The notes beneath the pieces were generated by a model. It worked only from the letters and a program-made list of their open reading frames with translations, was not told the origin of the DNA and made no database searches. A stretch of 64,000 nucleotides of DNA from Longimicrobiales bacterium (lineage in GTDB: Bacteria > Gemmatimonadota > Gemmatimonadetes > Longimicrobiales > Gaopeijiaceae): positions 1,792,001 to 1,856,000 of the forward strand of contig OZ250165.1 in NCBI GenBank assembly GCA_965238005.1. The letters run 5' to 3'. A program made the position numbers and the translations under genes. Shown one piece after another: positions 60,625 to 64,000 of the stretch (its first letter is position 1; the number at the start of each line of letters is the position of its first letter).

Positions 60625-60981
60625 CTAGAGGCCGGTTGAAGAAGTGGGGCGAGCCGCGTTAGGAGCGCCGACAAGCGCTAGCGCTTGTTACCGGCCAGAT
60701 CCTAGGCGGAGCTCCGCAGTCATAGCCATAGGTACGGCAAGGAGTTCCAACAACGGAGATGACCCCGTGCCGCCCTAACCCGAAGGGCGAAGGGGGGTTG
60801 CGGGCCCATAGCGCGTCTCTCTTCCTCGCCGTAGCCATGCTACGCCTCGTCATCGTTCGTTCTTCGCCTTCGGCTCAGGTGTCGCGGGTCCGCGACGTTC
60901 TGTGGTCACCGCAAGACCGGGGTACCCGCGCCGAAGGCGTGGGTCGCGCGGCCGCACCCCACTTCTTCAACAGGCCTCTAG
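60625..60981. mobile_element. MITE-like element (357 bp), 25-bp terminal inverted repeats including CTAG at both ends
   Basis: CTAGAGGCCGGTTGAAGAAGTGGGG / CCCCACTTCTTCAACAGGCCTCTAG (1 mismatch); no transposase inside. Confidence 0.85.
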
Positions 60982-61137
60982 ATACACCGATCACCGTGCC
61001 CGGGTTACGAGTAGGCGACCCGGTTTATTCCATTGCCAGGGGAGATAGAACGGTCCGAGGCAGGCGAAGGGGCTGGCCTTCGCGCGCCAGGATCCCCAAC
61101 TTGGCCGGCACGGATCTTCTGCAGTGGACAGGCGTCC

Positions 61138-61713
61138 ATGCTACTCGTGCTCGACAACTACGACTCCTTCACCTTCAATCTGGTCCAATACCTGGGCGAG
61201 CTTGGAGCGGACGTCGTTGTGATACGCAACGACGAGCGATCCGTCGCGGAGATCATGGAGCTATCGCCGTCTCGGGTCGTGATCTCCCCGGGTCCATGCA
61301 CCCCGGCGGAGGCCGGCGTGAGCATCGAGCTGTTCCGTAGTCTGGGGCCGTCCACCCCCATGCTGGGGGTCTGCCTCGGTCACCAGGCCCTGGGCGAGGC
61401 GTTCGGCGGGGAGACCGTTCGGGCCGATCGGGTCATGCACGGCAAGACCGCACCGGTGTGGCACACCGGCGAGGGGATCTTCGTCGGCATCCCTTCTCCC
61501 TTCACCGTGGCCCGTTACCACTCACTCGTTACGGACGCGTCCGCCCTGCCCGAGGAGCTCGTGCCCGTGGCCTGGAGTGGGGCCGAGGGCGATTCTTCGG
61601 AGGTTCAGGCCATCCGGCACCGGGAGCACCCGTTGTGGGGCGTCCAGTTCCATCCCGAGTCGCTCTTCTCCGAGCACGGCAAGACGCTGCTGGCCAACTT
61701 CTTGGCGCTATAG
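61138..61713 (+). CDS. Anthranilate/aminodeoxychorismate synthase component II (TrpG/PabA family)
   Basis: DNYDSFT, SPGP, LGVCLGHQ, RYHSL, QFHPES. Confidence 0.95.
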   Translation: MLLVLDNYDSFTFNLVQYLGELGADVVVIRNDERSVAEIMELSPSRVVISPGPCTPAEAGVSIELFRSLGPSTPMLGVCLGHQALGEAFGGETVRADRVMHGKTAPVWHTGEGIFVGIPSPFTVARYHSLVTDASALPEELVPVAWSGAEGDSSEVQAIRHREHPLWGVQFHPESLFSEHGKTLLANFLAL

Positions 61714-61814
61714 AGGTCTCCCTTCAGGGCCTGTTTTGCCTCGCAGCCGTTGCCACCCCAGCCGGGCTCGGATAACTTCACTGGCGTGATATTTGCATCA
61801 TCGGGCTTCGCCTC

Positions 61815-64000
<2,186 letters not shown>

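Noticed and set aside
21168..60981. Dispersed repeats as a CRISPR array
   Set aside because: They are not tandem, have no regular spacers, and no cas genes are present.
61035..61130. Possible ncRNA (e.g. SRP RNA) upstream of trpG/pabA
   Set aside because: It contains a GCGAAGG/CCTTCGC hairpin but lacks the conserved SRP helix-8 GGAA motif.

Overview
High-GC bacterial chromosome window. Gene content and style suggest Gemmatimonadota, but that is an inference. (1) Positions ~1-6341 look like the right end of a genomic island integrated at tRNA-Arg(TCT): a 3' tRNA fragment starting at the anticodon loop, an adjacent excisionase-like gene, and a second 3' fragment of tRNA-Ser(CGA). Its cargo includes the best lead in the window, a SAM-dependent methyltransferase interrupted by an in-frame TGA (Cys-TGA) followed by a bacterial-SECIS-like hairpin, i.e. 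a candidate Cys-Sec selenoprotein. The island also carries two secreted lipoproteins. (2) Positions 6.5-11.5 kb encode a ~1,645-aa surface lipoprotein/adhesin, out of frame at a (CT)10 tract inside its signal peptide (possible phase variation) and again at ~9052. (3) A complete IS1182-family element with a CTAG target duplication. (4) Core genes: ArfB-like factor, AI-2E transporter, cspA, tag, M1 aminopeptidase, dcd, nuoA-N with a Rex-like operator, phosphomannomutase, UPF0182, sucCD, ndk, yceD-rpmF-plsX-fabHDG-acpP-fabF-ispF, dedA, xerD, S41 protease, nadE, trpG/pabA, kdsB and pyrG (truncated by the window edge). (5) A dispersed modular family of hairpin/MITE-like repeats (about 10 copies or remnants), nearly all sitting at stop codons. 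The copies share internal modules, have different but self-complementary termini, and supply the C-terminal codons of nuoE and dedA.
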